Source of the DNA: Deltaproteobacteria bacterium
GTDB taxonomy: Bacteria; JAMCPX01
DNA: 64,000 bases
Direction of reading: 5' to 3'
Assembly: GCA_023382265.1 (NCBI GenBank)
Contig: JAMCPX010000015.1
Location: 748 to 64,747 of the forward strand
Below are positions 52,776-61,991 of the stretch, piece after piece. Below the pieces are notes generated by a model that saw only the letters and a list, made by a program, of their open reading frames with translations, made no database searches and had not been told where the DNA came from. Within the stretch, counting starts at the first letter, position 1. Every line of letters starts with the position of its first letter. A program made the position numbers and the translations under genes.

Positions 52776-54074
52776 TTAACTGTCAGTCTTAATGCGATAA
52801 TCACCCATAGGTTTAACAAATAAAGGTAATTTGTTCAGCCGATCTATTACTAAATCAGGCTCTGCCTGCGCAAGTTCTTTAAAATCAGCAGGTCCTGTTG
52901 CCATTGATATCACATCTATACCGGCATTTCTTGCTGTCTCAATATCAATCGTAGAATCTCCGACATATACTGTCTGTTCCCTTTCTAAATTAAGTTCTTT
53001 AATAATGCGCTCCACAGTATCGGGATAAGGTTTGCCTTTTAAACCGTCACCTATTCCTATAACGTATTTCAGATATTTATAGATACCAAGTTTCTTCATA
53101 AGATTACGTGCGGATTCGCCGCGTTTATTTGTTGAAACAGCCATTATATAACCTTCATTGTAAAGCCTCGAAAGTGTTTCTTTTACATCTTTTAGTAAAA
53201 CGGTTCTATCCAGGTATATCTTTTCATAATTCTCTCTGAATAACATTATTGCACTGTCAATATCTTCTATACCTTTGATGCCCGACATTACATCTTCTAT
53301 TGGTAAGCCGATAGTTTTTAAAACAGCTTCGTACGAGTATTCCGGCAGATTAAGTTTCCTCATTGCATAGTTAAAGCTTTCATATATTGGTCCGTACGAA
53401 TCTATAAGAGTGCCGTCAAGATCGAAGATAATACCCTTTACAGGCTTCTTAAGGCGATTTATAATATCTCTATAGTCGTTGTAATAAAAAGCAGGAATTT
53501 TATTATCGTTACAGTATGTTTTGAGTGTGGAATGGGCAAAAACGATATCGGCATCTTTAACAGCACATGTATCTGATAAGCCGTTTCCAATATAAATCAC
53601 CCTGTCAAAATATGGTTTCATTGCCTTTAATATATCCAGTTTACAAACACCACAAAGATCACATTCTTTTGAAGAATACGGGAAATCAATGGTAACTCTA
53701 TTATCATAATCCGTGATTTTATTCGCAAAAATCGGAATGCTCTCATCTATTCCTGCCTTCTTAAGAACCCCCTCTATAAATGTATCAAACCCATCGCTCA
53801 TTATCACATGTGATGCATCATAACACTTTATAAAGTTAAGAAATGATGTGAAATATTCATCAACAACAGCTTGCTCTATGTAAAAATCCTTTAAAGGTTG
53901 TGCCGATAAGCCCTCATGATTAAAAAGTCTCCTGTAAATCTCAGGGATCCCGATTTTACCTTGGGAAATCTTGTCCTGTAAGTCTGGATACTGTTTAACG
54001 ACAACGGCCAACTCTTCGCTAAGATCTCGTTTGTTTATAGTTCCATCAAAATCGCTTATAAAAAGTATTTTCAT
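52776..54074 (-). CDS. Fusion of two HAD-superfamily phosphatase modules (MtnX-like HAD-IB plus phosphoglycolate-phosphatase-like HAD-IA)
   Basis: 432 aa. SDFDGT plus a CDLCGVCK motif in the N-half. FDLDGTLIDS ... GDSTIDIETARNAG in the C-half. Confidence 0.75.
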   Translation of the reverse strand: MKILFISDFDGTINKRDLSEELAVVVKQYPDLQDKISQGKIGIPEIYRRLFNHEGLSAQPLKDFYIEQAVVDEYFTSFLNFIKCYDASHVIMSDGFDTFIEGVLKKAGIDESIPIFANKITDYDNRVTIDFPYSSKECDLCGVCKLDILKAMKPYFDRVIYIGNGLSDTCAVKDADIVFAHSTLKTYCNDNKIPAFYYNDYRDIINRLKKPVKGIIFDLDGTLIDSYGPIYESFNYAMRKLNLPEYSYEAVLKTIGLPIEDVMSGIKGIEDIDSAIMLFRENYEKIYLDRTVLLKDVKETLSRLYNEGYIMAVSTNKRGESARNLMKKLGIYKYLKYVIGIGDGLKGKPYPDTVERIIKELNLEREQTVYVGDSTIDIETARNAGIDVISMATGPADFKELAQAEPDLVIDRLNKLPLFVKPMGDYRIKTDS

Positions 54075-54135
54075 TGTTTATCTTGACAGAATAGCATAAA
54101 GCTTTCGATTAATAAAGTAAAAAATAGATTTATCC

Positions 54136-54174
54136 AAAAATGCAGTAGGGAGCAGACTTTCCTATTGCATTTTT
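54136..54174. repeat. AAAAATGCAATAGGG-family element (copy 5), near-perfect 16-bp-stem palindrome between divergent gene starts
   Basis: AAAAATGCAGTAGGGA-gcagac-TTTCCTATTGCATTTTT. Confidence 0.65.
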
Positions 54175-54199
54175 CAGGCTTATAATTATTATTTTAAGG

Positions 54200-55246
54200 A
54201 TGAGTATAAATAATATGAAAATTCTTATAGCAAGGACAGATAGAATTGGGGATCTGGTACTTTCAACCCCTGTTTTTGAGGCATTAAAGAAACATATACC
54301 TCAATCATACATCATTGTTATGGCAAAAAAAGATGTAATAAACATATTAAATGGAAATCCTTTTATTGATGAGATGATAACGTACAGCCCTTCCGGTGTG
54401 CACAAAGGCTTAAAAGGAACATTGGAACTTGCCGACACACTAAGAGAGAAAGGGATAAACATAGCAGTTGAATTATTTATGTCGTTTTATCCTGCACTTG
54501 CAATAAGTCTTGCGGGGATAAAAATGCGAATAGGCCCTGGTTCAAGGATTTACTCTCCAATGCTTTTAACGCATGTTATAAAACAGGAACGAAAACAGTC
54601 TAAACACAATGAAGCATTGTATAACCTTATGTTATTAAAACCGCTTGGAATTGAAGACATAAATATAAAACCGCGCATTTATCTGTCCGATAATAAAGAT
54701 AGCTGCGAAAAGTTTCTTTTGAATAATGGTTTGAAGCCCTTTGGTTATGTTGTTGTCCATCCCGGTATGGGTGGTTCTGCAAAAAACTGGAGTGCTGTTA
54801 ATTATGCATCTTTAATTGGTGCAATAACAAGACATTTGAAATTACAGGTACTTATAACAGGAAGTAAGGCTGATTTACCTATCGTAAAGACTATTATGGG
54901 GCTGCTTAAACCGGATCAATATATAAAAAATATGTGTTGTGTTTTATCATTGGAACAATTAAAAACAATCATTTTTTTCTCTAAAGCCGTTGTTGGGCCG
55001 TCAACAGGTCCTATGCATATAGCAGCAGCACTTTATAAACCTACCATAGCTCTTTTTTCACCATTGAAGGCTCAATCAAAAGTACGATGGGCGCCGTATT
55101 TACTTGATAATGTTTCAATATTAAGCCCTAATGTTGTATGTGATAAAAATCATTGTTATAATAAATGTATACATTATGATTGTATGAATATAATAAAGGT
55201 ACAGGATGTTATCAAATATCTGGAGGGTGTGATTGAAATTCAGTAG
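54200..55246 (+). CDS. Glycosyltransferase family 9 (LPS heptosyltransferase-like)
   Basis: 348 aa. N-terminal RTDRIGDLVLSTPVFEALK and C-terminal GPSTGPMHIAAAL. Confidence 0.85.
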   Translation: MSINNMKILIARTDRIGDLVLSTPVFEALKKHIPQSYIIVMAKKDVINILNGNPFIDEMITYSPSGVHKGLKGTLELADTLREKGINIAVELFMSFYPALAISLAGIKMRIGPGSRIYSPMLLTHVIKQERKQSKHNEALYNLMLLKPLGIEDINIKPRIYLSDNKDSCEKFLLNNGLKPFGYVVVHPGMGGSAKNWSAVNYASLIGAITRHLKLQVLITGSKADLPIVKTIMGLLKPDQYIKNMCCVLSLEQLKTIIFFSKAVVGPSTGPMHIAAALYKPTIALFSPLKAQSKVRWAPYLLDNVSILSPNVVCDKNHCYNKCIHYDCMNIIKVQDVIKYLEGVIEIQ

Positions 55247-56192
55247 AATTGTAAGCATGTTTGGCCCATTAAAAGGTCCGATTAGAAGATACGTTATTAA
55301 AAGAAAATTGAGATTTCCAAAACTTATCTCTTTGGAATTAACTAATGCGTGTAATGCAAGATGTATTATGTGCCCGAGGGAACAACTTACAAGAAAAATA
55401 GGCAATATGAATACAGAAATAGTAGAAAAGGTATGCAGAGATTCATATAAAAAACCACTAAAAAAGATGAACCTTTTTGGCTTTGGTGAATCACTGCTTT
55501 ATCCGAGACTTGTCGAGGTGGCAAAGTATATAAAACAAACACTGCCTTATGTTGAACTAAACCTTAGTACAAATGCACAGCTGCTTAATAATGGAATCGC
55601 TGATGGACTTTTGAGATCCGGTATAGACAGAATAAACATAGATATTGATGGTGCTGCAAAATCGACTTATGAAGCCGTTAGGAAACAGCTTGATTATGAT
55701 GTGGTTGTTAACAATGTAAAGGAATTCATAAAAAAACGTAATCAAGATAACTCAAAGATAAAACTTTCTATTACCATGATTGATATGGATATTACACATA
55801 ATGAAATCAAATCATTTAAAAAAATGTGGACTGGTTTGGCGGATGAAATCTTTTTAAACAATTACAACACATGGGCAGGGATATTTACGGATAGAAATAT
55901 AAATAATAAACAACTTGTTCGTCCTTCATTCCCCTGCAAAAATTTATGGAGAGAGATGACGATAAACTATAATGGTAAGGTTTCTTTCTGTTGTATGGAT
56001 TTTAATTCCACGATTATTATAGGTGATGTAACGAAACAGAGTATCGAAGAGATATGGCATGGGGAAATAATCGGGAAACTAAGAAAACTTCATCTTGAAG
56101 GTAAAGCTAACGAGATACCTTTGTGCAGGAATTGCAACGAGTATGTTTTTCAGAGTGATAGCTTCTGGGCGAACTTGTTTATTGAACAATAA
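55233..56192 (+). CDS. Radical SAM protein with a SPASM/twitch-type C-terminal Cys cluster
   Basis: 319 aa. CNARCIMC (CX3CX2C). C-terminal FPC...FCCMD...CRNC. Overlaps the upstream GT9 gene by 14 nt and lies 8 nt before the next GT9 gene. Confidence 0.85.
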   Translation: MKFSRIVSMFGPLKGPIRRYVIKRKLRFPKLISLELTNACNARCIMCPREQLTRKIGNMNTEIVEKVCRDSYKKPLKKMNLFGFGESLLYPRLVEVAKYIKQTLPYVELNLSTNAQLLNNGIADGLLRSGIDRINIDIDGAAKSTYEAVRKQLDYDVVVNNVKEFIKKRNQDNSKIKLSITMIDMDITHNEIKSFKKMWTGLADEIFLNNYNTWAGIFTDRNINNKQLVRPSFPCKNLWREMTINYNGKVSFCCMDFNSTIIIGDVTKQSIEEIWHGEIIGKLRKLHLEGKANEIPLCRNCNEYVFQSDSFWANLFIEQ

Positions 56193-56200
56193 TATCGAAA

Positions 56201-57211
56201 ATGAAGATCCTTCTCATTAGATTTAGTTCACTTGGTGATGTAATCCTTACGATGCCTGTTGCAATAGCGTTACGGCATTTGTATCCTTCTGCATCTGTGG
56301 AACTTGCCACAAAAGCCGAGTATGAAGGTCTTTTCACTCCTCCGGATCCTTTTGACAGAGTGATCTATCTTCATAAAAATGAAAACATAGGGATATTAAG
56401 ATCTTTAATCAATGATGGTAAATACGATATAATTGCGGATCTTCATAAGAACTTGAGAACAGCATTGCTTATGCCTTTTATAGCAGCTGGTAAGAAGAAA
56501 CATTACAGTAAAGGGTCAATCTCAAGAAGATTGTTTGTAAAAACAAAAATAAGGATATCTTCATTCCCGCCCGTTGTACAAAAATACCTTATGACTTTTG
56601 GAATCGAAGAGATACCCCAGCCTCCATGGATTACATTGAAAGAATACGAACGGGATAGAGGATACCAAATACTGAGGAATACGGGTGTAGAAAAACATAA
56701 AGTGATCGGGATAGCACCGGGTGCAAAATGGAATACAAAAAAATGGTCTATCAAAAAATATATTAAACTAAGTGACTGGTTTGAGCGAAACGGACTTGAT
56801 GTTGTTTTTGTTCTTGGGAAAGGAGATGAGCAGGAAAAAGATATATTGATGCACTCGTCGTCAAATGCCAAAATCCTTGATACATCAAGTTATCTATTAA
56901 AAGAGATAATCTATGCCATCTCATGGATGGATGCATTTGTAAGCGGAGATACTGGACTTATGCATCTTGCCGAATCAACCGGTATACCGGTTGTTACATT
57001 GTTTGGTCCAACTACAAAGGAGTTCGGCTTTTTCCCGACAAATCATAACAGCATTGTTATAGAAAAAGATCTTTCCTGCAGGCCGTGTTCACTTCACGGA
57101 TCGGATGTGTGTATCAAGGGCGATAGCGTATGCATGGAAGGCATTACCGTGGACGAAGTAGAAGAGGCTGTTTTAACCGTATCTACTGTCAGAGAAAAAG
57201 TTATACGTTAG
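56201..57211 (+). CDS. Glycosyltransferase family 9 (heptosyltransferase, WaaF/WaaC-like)
   Basis: 336 aa. IRFSSLGDVILTMPV and GDTGLMHLAES motifs. Confidence 0.88.
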   Translation: MKILLIRFSSLGDVILTMPVAIALRHLYPSASVELATKAEYEGLFTPPDPFDRVIYLHKNENIGILRSLINDGKYDIIADLHKNLRTALLMPFIAAGKKKHYSKGSISRRLFVKTKIRISSFPPVVQKYLMTFGIEEIPQPPWITLKEYERDRGYQILRNTGVEKHKVIGIAPGAKWNTKKWSIKKYIKLSDWFERNGLDVVFVLGKGDEQEKDILMHSSSNAKILDTSSYLLKEIIYAISWMDAFVSGDTGLMHLAESTGIPVVTLFGPTTKEFGFFPTNHNSIVIEKDLSCRPCSLHGSDVCIKGDSVCMEGITVDEVEEAVLTVSTVREKVIR

Positions 57212-57270
57212 ATACAAGCATTCTCATATTAATTGCAAAATATTCAGAATAAACTCTAAGATTATATTAT

Positions 57271-58026
57271 ATGAAAGAATTATCCGTTGTTATTGTAGCT
57301 TATAATGAGGAAGATAGAATAAAAAGATGCCTTGAAAGCATAAAATGGGCAAACGAGATCATCGTTGTTGATGGTTTTAGTAATGACAGCACGGTAGATA
57401 TTTGCAAGCAATACACAGAGAAAATATACCAGAGAAAATGGGATGGATTTATTTCTCAGAAAAACTACGCATTATCACTTGCAACAAAGGAATGGGTGCT
57501 TTCTCTTGATGCGGATGAAGAACTGTCGGAGTTGCTTATGGATGAAATAAAAGGGGTACTGGGAAACAATGATGTGGATTGTGATGCTTATTCAATGCCG
57601 AGGAAAACATACTATCTCGGCAGATGGATACTGCACTCGGGCTGGTATCCCGATAGGAAAGTCAGGCTAATAAAGAAGGGCGCCGGTATCTGGGGAGCCG
57701 TAGAGCCGCACGATGCTTTGATTGTAAAAGGCCGTGTTTGCAGTCTTAAACATGACATACTGCATTGGTCGTTCAGAAATATTGCCCATCATATACAAAA
57801 GCTTAATTATTTTACAGATTCTGCAGCTCTGGAGGTCATAAAAACAAATAAACGGGTAAACATAACTGATATAATATTCCATCCTATCGGCATGTTCATA
57901 AAAATGTTTTTGTTGAAAAAGGGTTTTCTTGACGGTATTCAAGGATTTATAGCTGCTGCTGTTTCATCTTTCCATGTGATGATGAAGTATGCAAAGGTAT
58001 GGGAGAGGACCGGAGGCAAAAAATGA
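57271..58026 (+). CDS. Glycosyltransferase family 2
   Basis: 251 aa. LSVVIVAYNEEDRI and LDADE (DxD) motifs. Confidence 0.88.
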   Translation: MKELSVVIVAYNEEDRIKRCLESIKWANEIIVVDGFSNDSTVDICKQYTEKIYQRKWDGFISQKNYALSLATKEWVLSLDADEELSELLMDEIKGVLGNNDVDCDAYSMPRKTYYLGRWILHSGWYPDRKVRLIKKGAGIWGAVEPHDALIVKGRVCSLKHDILHWSFRNIAHHIQKLNYFTDSAALEVIKTNKRVNITDIIFHPIGMFIKMFLLKKGFLDGIQGFIAAAVSSFHVMMKYAKVWERTGGKK

Positions 58027-58098
58027 CGGGTTGGAATTCAGGAATGAAAAGGGCCAAGCCCTTATATTATATTGGAAAGAAAATAAAAGACTAATAAC

Positions 58099-59217
58099 AT
58101 GAAAATCGTTGAAGTGATAAATTTACCCTGGTGGAATGCATCGGCAGAGTACTGTATTTCATTATCGAAAACCCTTTCAAAAAGAGGGCACGGTATAATT
58201 GTGATATGTGAAAAAGATACACCGGCACATAAAAAGGCAATTGAAACCGGACTTGAAATCGACACCTTACTTACATTTAAACCGCGGTATATTTTAAAAG
58301 ATTTATTAAATATAAGAAAGGCTTTCAGGGGCATATATAGAGACGTACAGCTTGTCAATGTTCATACAGCCAATGCGCAAAGCCTGTTCGTTATTGCAAG
58401 GCTGTTATTCAGGCTTGATTTCAAACTTATAAAAACCAGGATTGATGCCAGGAAGATTAAGCCCCATCTATTGAACAGGCTTTCCTACAGATCACTTGAT
58501 GGAGTTATAGTTACAAACAAAAAGGAACTGGAAGATATTAAATCGTTTGCCGGGATATCTTTAAACAGAATAAAGGTAATACATGGTAGTGTCGATGCAG
58601 AATATTTCAGGCCTGTTAAACAAAATAAAATTAAAAGACAAAAATTTAATATACCGGAGGCATCACTCGTAGTCGGTAATATAGCAAGGCGGTCACCTAT
58701 AAAAGGACACGATATATTTTTCAAATCTGCACATCTAATTGATGCTGAGATAAAAAACGTCTTTTTCGTGCTTGCAGGTATTGATGATACCATATCAATA
58801 GACAGACTCAAAAATATGGCAGAATCAGCAGGTGTCATTGATAAAACCCTATTCCTTGGTTTTGTAAAAGACATAAATGAACTTCTTGAATGTCTTGATA
58901 TAGGTGTTGTTAGTTCACTCGGTTCAGAAAACCATTCAAGGATAACGCTTGAATACATGGCATGCGGTGTGCCTGTAGTTGGTTCAGATGTTGGTGCTGT
59001 TGGCGAATTGATAGAAAACGGCAAAACGGGTTTTGTCGTAAAGCCCTCTGATTTTATAGGTCTTGCCGACGCTGTTATAAGGCTCTTGAAAAGTAAAGAG
59101 ATGCACGAACTTTTTAGTTACAATGCGAGAAATTTGATAGAGGAAAGATATTCTGCAAAAACCTTCGCTGAAAAAACGGAACAATTTTATGCTGAGGTAT
59201 TATCATGGAAGATGTGA
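58099..59217 (+). CDS. Glycosyltransferase family 4 (GT-B, group 1)
   Basis: 372 aa. C-terminal EYMACGVPVVGSDVGAVGELIENGKTGF (EX7E). Confidence 0.88.
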   Translation: MKIVEVINLPWWNASAEYCISLSKTLSKRGHGIIVICEKDTPAHKKAIETGLEIDTLLTFKPRYILKDLLNIRKAFRGIYRDVQLVNVHTANAQSLFVIARLLFRLDFKLIKTRIDARKIKPHLLNRLSYRSLDGVIVTNKKELEDIKSFAGISLNRIKVIHGSVDAEYFRPVKQNKIKRQKFNIPEASLVVGNIARRSPIKGHDIFFKSAHLIDAEIKNVFFVLAGIDDTISIDRLKNMAESAGVIDKTLFLGFVKDINELLECLDIGVVSSLGSENHSRITLEYMACGVPVVGSDVGAVGELIENGKTGFVVKPSDFIGLADAVIRLLKSKEMHELFSYNARNLIEERYSAKTFAEKTEQFYAEVLSWKM

Positions 59218-60245
59218 AAGGCATACTTATCATACATACAGGTCAGATAGGCGATAATCTTTTAACAACGCCGGTTATACGGAGCCTGAGAAAGGCAATG
59301 CCCGACTCTTATATTGCCTTTCTTACATCAAAACCTGATTACCATGTTTTTAGTTTTAATCATTATCTCAATGAGATCATCCTGCTTGATAAGAGCATTC
59401 CTTTGATGGAGTATGCCCGGTTTCTATTTAATTTGAGAAAAAGACGTTTTGATCTCGCGCTTGATTTTCTCGGAAATCCAAGAACGGCTTTCATAACGTG
59501 GTTCTCCAATGCAAGATATAGGATTGGTTATGATTTAAGATTGAGGAGATACGCATACAATTATGTTGTAGAAAGAGATAAAAAACCGAAGTATAGTGTT
59601 AATTTTAAATACGATCTGCTTAAGGCAATAGATATAAACGGCGATGACATATCCCTTGACTTATTCATACCCGAGTCTGCACGGATATTCGCCCAGGAAT
59701 TCATAAAAAGCATAAATACCATTCCCGGTCCCATATTTACTATCTCTCCTGTAAGCAGAAGAGCCTATAAACAATGGCATGCAGAAAAATTCGCGTTGCT
59801 TTCAGATATGCTTATAGAAAGATTTCATGCAAAACTCATTTTTTTGTGGGGACCAGGAGAGAAGGCTTACGTACAGCAGATCATTTATATGATGAAAAAT
59901 AAACCGCATCTTTCTCCGCAGACACCCACGATAAAAGAGCTTGGGGCATTGATAAAACTTGCCGTAATGCACATTGGCAACGATAACGGCATTAAACATA
60001 TTGCAATTGCAATGGGTACACCTACCGTAACAATCCATGGGCCAAGTGATCCGGTAAGTTGGGAACCTCCCGGCAGTAAGATAAATGTATGGATAAAAAA
60101 GGATGCAGGGTGCGGGAAATGCGTTCCCAAAAGATGTAAACATGATTTAAAATGTCTTGACGCAATTAAGCCTCACGACGTATTGAATGAAGTAGAAAAG
60201 CTTTATAACGGTATCCATGCAAAAGGGCTTTTACATGTTTCTTGA
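59205..60245 (+). CDS. Glycosyltransferase family 9 (heptosyltransferase-like)
   Basis: 346 aa. IHTGQIGDNLLTTPVIRSLR and GNDNGIKHIAIAMG motifs. Overlaps the GT4 gene by 13 nt. Confidence 0.85.
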   Translation: MEDVKGILIIHTGQIGDNLLTTPVIRSLRKAMPDSYIAFLTSKPDYHVFSFNHYLNEIILLDKSIPLMEYARFLFNLRKRRFDLALDFLGNPRTAFITWFSNARYRIGYDLRLRRYAYNYVVERDKKPKYSVNFKYDLLKAIDINGDDISLDLFIPESARIFAQEFIKSINTIPGPIFTISPVSRRAYKQWHAEKFALLSDMLIERFHAKLIFLWGPGEKAYVQQIIYMMKNKPHLSPQTPTIKELGALIKLAVMHIGNDNGIKHIAIAMGTPTVTIHGPSDPVSWEPPGSKINVWIKKDAGCGKCVPKRCKHDLKCLDAIKPHDVLNEVEKLYNGIHAKGLLHVS

Positions 60246-60420
60246 CAAAAATCTTATAACAATCATACTGGTACTAATAGAGATTAGGTGAAGTGTTATT
60301 GCAAAAAATGGCACTTTGTACCATAACGAAGCAATTCCCTAATAGCTGTAGATTGCTTTTACTTGCTCGCAAAGACTATGCAATAATATTTAGTGTATTT
60401 GTATTAATCTACCATTTTTT

Positions 60421-60493
60421 GGTCCTATAGTCTAGAGGCCCAGGACGTTGCCCTCTCAAGGCGAAAACGAGAGTTCGAATCTCTCTAGGACCA
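60421..60493 (+). tRNA. tRNA-Glu (anticodon CUC)
   Basis: Manual cloverleaf. Acceptor GGTCCTA/TAGGACC. D-arm GTCTAGAGGCCCAGGAC, identical to the canonical tRNA-Glu D-arm. Anticodon stem TTGCC/GGCGA with loop CT-CTC-AA. T-arm GAGAG-TTCGAAT-CTCTC. Discriminator A; CCA not encoded. Confidence 0.93.
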
Positions 60494-60626
60494 TATTTTC
60501 GGTTTAAGGATCATCCGTCCATAGATCGTCTCAGGAAATGCGGGGTTAAAGTCCGCTAAGCTTATGCATCGCACGACCAATCATTTTTGTATGAATAGCC
60601 CACGGACAAACATGTATGGGGCAGGT

Positions 60627-61991
60627 TTACTTTATTGTTGCTGTTATAGCCTGTGTTTGAATAGAAATAACATAAACAGAATCTGATAAAATATCGGTTA
60701 CGTATGCTTGATTGGTTAAAGGATCAACCAATACATTTGATGGTAAGCCAAGCCCTATGAGTGCTTTTATACCCGTTGCAGCTATTGTATTTAAAACGAA
60801 TTCATCTCCGTTGTTAAGCAATGTTTTACCCGGAGATATATAAAAAGATACCGAATCATCGAGACTGTCGAAGAATAAACTCTGTCTTGCAGGATAGGGT
60901 TGTAGTCCGGAAGCTGTACCGGTGACAAAATAATTGTTCTCATTTGAACTATACACAATACTCCATGTCTCTGTTTGTGTGGTGCAATCGTTTGTTGTTA
61001 TTGATTGTAAAGATGGTGCGTTTGAGGCAGGTACTGAGCTTGTTAATTGTAAACCATTATAGCTGCTTGCTGTATTTGAGATATTACATCCGTCATCTAT
61101 ATTCAGAAATGTTATATAACCATCTTCATTAGGTACTACGCCTATGTACGAAAAATGGTTATCGTCAAGAAGAAACCTCTGACTTGATATCCCGAAATTT
61201 GCAGGTATTCCTGTAACACTGAATTCATAAGCCGTTGTCCAGTTTGATGTGTTGATGGCTTCAAAATAATAGCTTGTTCCCGATAGGACTGTTGCATATA
61301 AAATAGTATTACCATTATTCATTGCCTCCATAGATGTTACAGGATTATCAACGGTTACATTTGATATCTGATTAAGCGAATCGGGATCGAATATGCCTAT
61401 AACAGGCCGCAGCATATAGGAAATAAAAAGTTTACTATTATCGGATGATAATGTCATAGAAGATGGTGTAAAGGTTAAAGTAGCAGGGCTGCCGGCACTT
61501 GGGGTTATAAAATTACCAACAGTAAAAGCTTCAAGGTAAAAGCTATTTTTATAACTATCAATCACAAACAGTTTTGATGTGCCTGTTATGATTGTACTCA
61601 TAACAGGATATCCTTTAAGTGTGGTTGTAGTTATTACAGAATTTGTTGATAGATTAATTGCTTCAAGCAGACCCGTTGATTGAGTAAAACCTGCAACATA
61701 AAGATACCCGTTGTTAAATTCAACAGCCGCAGGGTACATATTAAGAGGTATTGCATTATAAACGCCTGAATGCGTTGTTACCGGTATAACACTATTGTTT
61801 GATGTGTTTATTTCTGAGACCGTACCTGTAAATGTGTTTGCAACAAACAATGTTCTGATGCCGGTTACAGGTAAATAACCAATTGTCATTGTTGAAGGAT
61901 ACGTGAAATTACCTGTGGAAGTTGATGGATTTGAGCAGGCGGATACCAATAAAACTAAAAACACCGGTAGTATGTAAATTTTTTTTATCAT
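60627..61991 (-). CDS. Lipoprotein with YVTN/beta-propeller-like repeats (paralogue 2)
   Basis: 454 aa. Lipobox LVSAC. C-terminal NQAYVTDILSDSVYVISIQT blade. The central insert is homologous to the upstream paralogue (..C.TQTE.W.I.YSS..N.F...G..SGL..). Confidence 0.6.
   Translation of the reverse strand: MIKKIYILPVFLVLLVSACSNPSTSTGNFTYPSTMTIGYLPVTGIRTLFVANTFTGTVSEINTSNNSVIPVTTHSGVYNAIPLNMYPAAVEFNNGYLYVAGFTQSTGLLEAINLSTNSVITTTTLKGYPVMSTIITGTSKLFVIDSYKNSFYLEAFTVGNFITPSAGSPATLTFTPSSMTLSSDNSKLFISYMLRPVIGIFDPDSLNQISNVTVDNPVTSMEAMNNGNTILYATVLSGTSYYFEAINTSNWTTAYEFSVTGIPANFGISSQRFLLDDNHFSYIGVVPNEDGYITFLNIDDGCNISNTASSYNGLQLTSSVPASNAPSLQSITTNDCTTQTETWSIVYSSNENNYFVTGTASGLQPYPARQSLFFDSLDDSVSFYISPGKTLLNNGDEFVLNTIAATGIKALIGLGLPSNVLVDPLTNQAYVTDILSDSVYVISIQTQAITATIK

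Noticed and set aside
58485-59024. 179-aa ORF on the minus strand.
   Set aside because: It lies entirely antisense within the well-supported GT4 glycosyltransferase gene. It has low complexity and no motif or RBS, so it is a shadow ORF.
60311-60326. TGGCAC upstream of tRNA-Glu as a possible sigma-54 -24 box.
   Set aside because: There is no GC dinucleotide at the -12 position (TGGCACTTTGTACCAT), and sigma-54 control of a tRNA gene is implausible.
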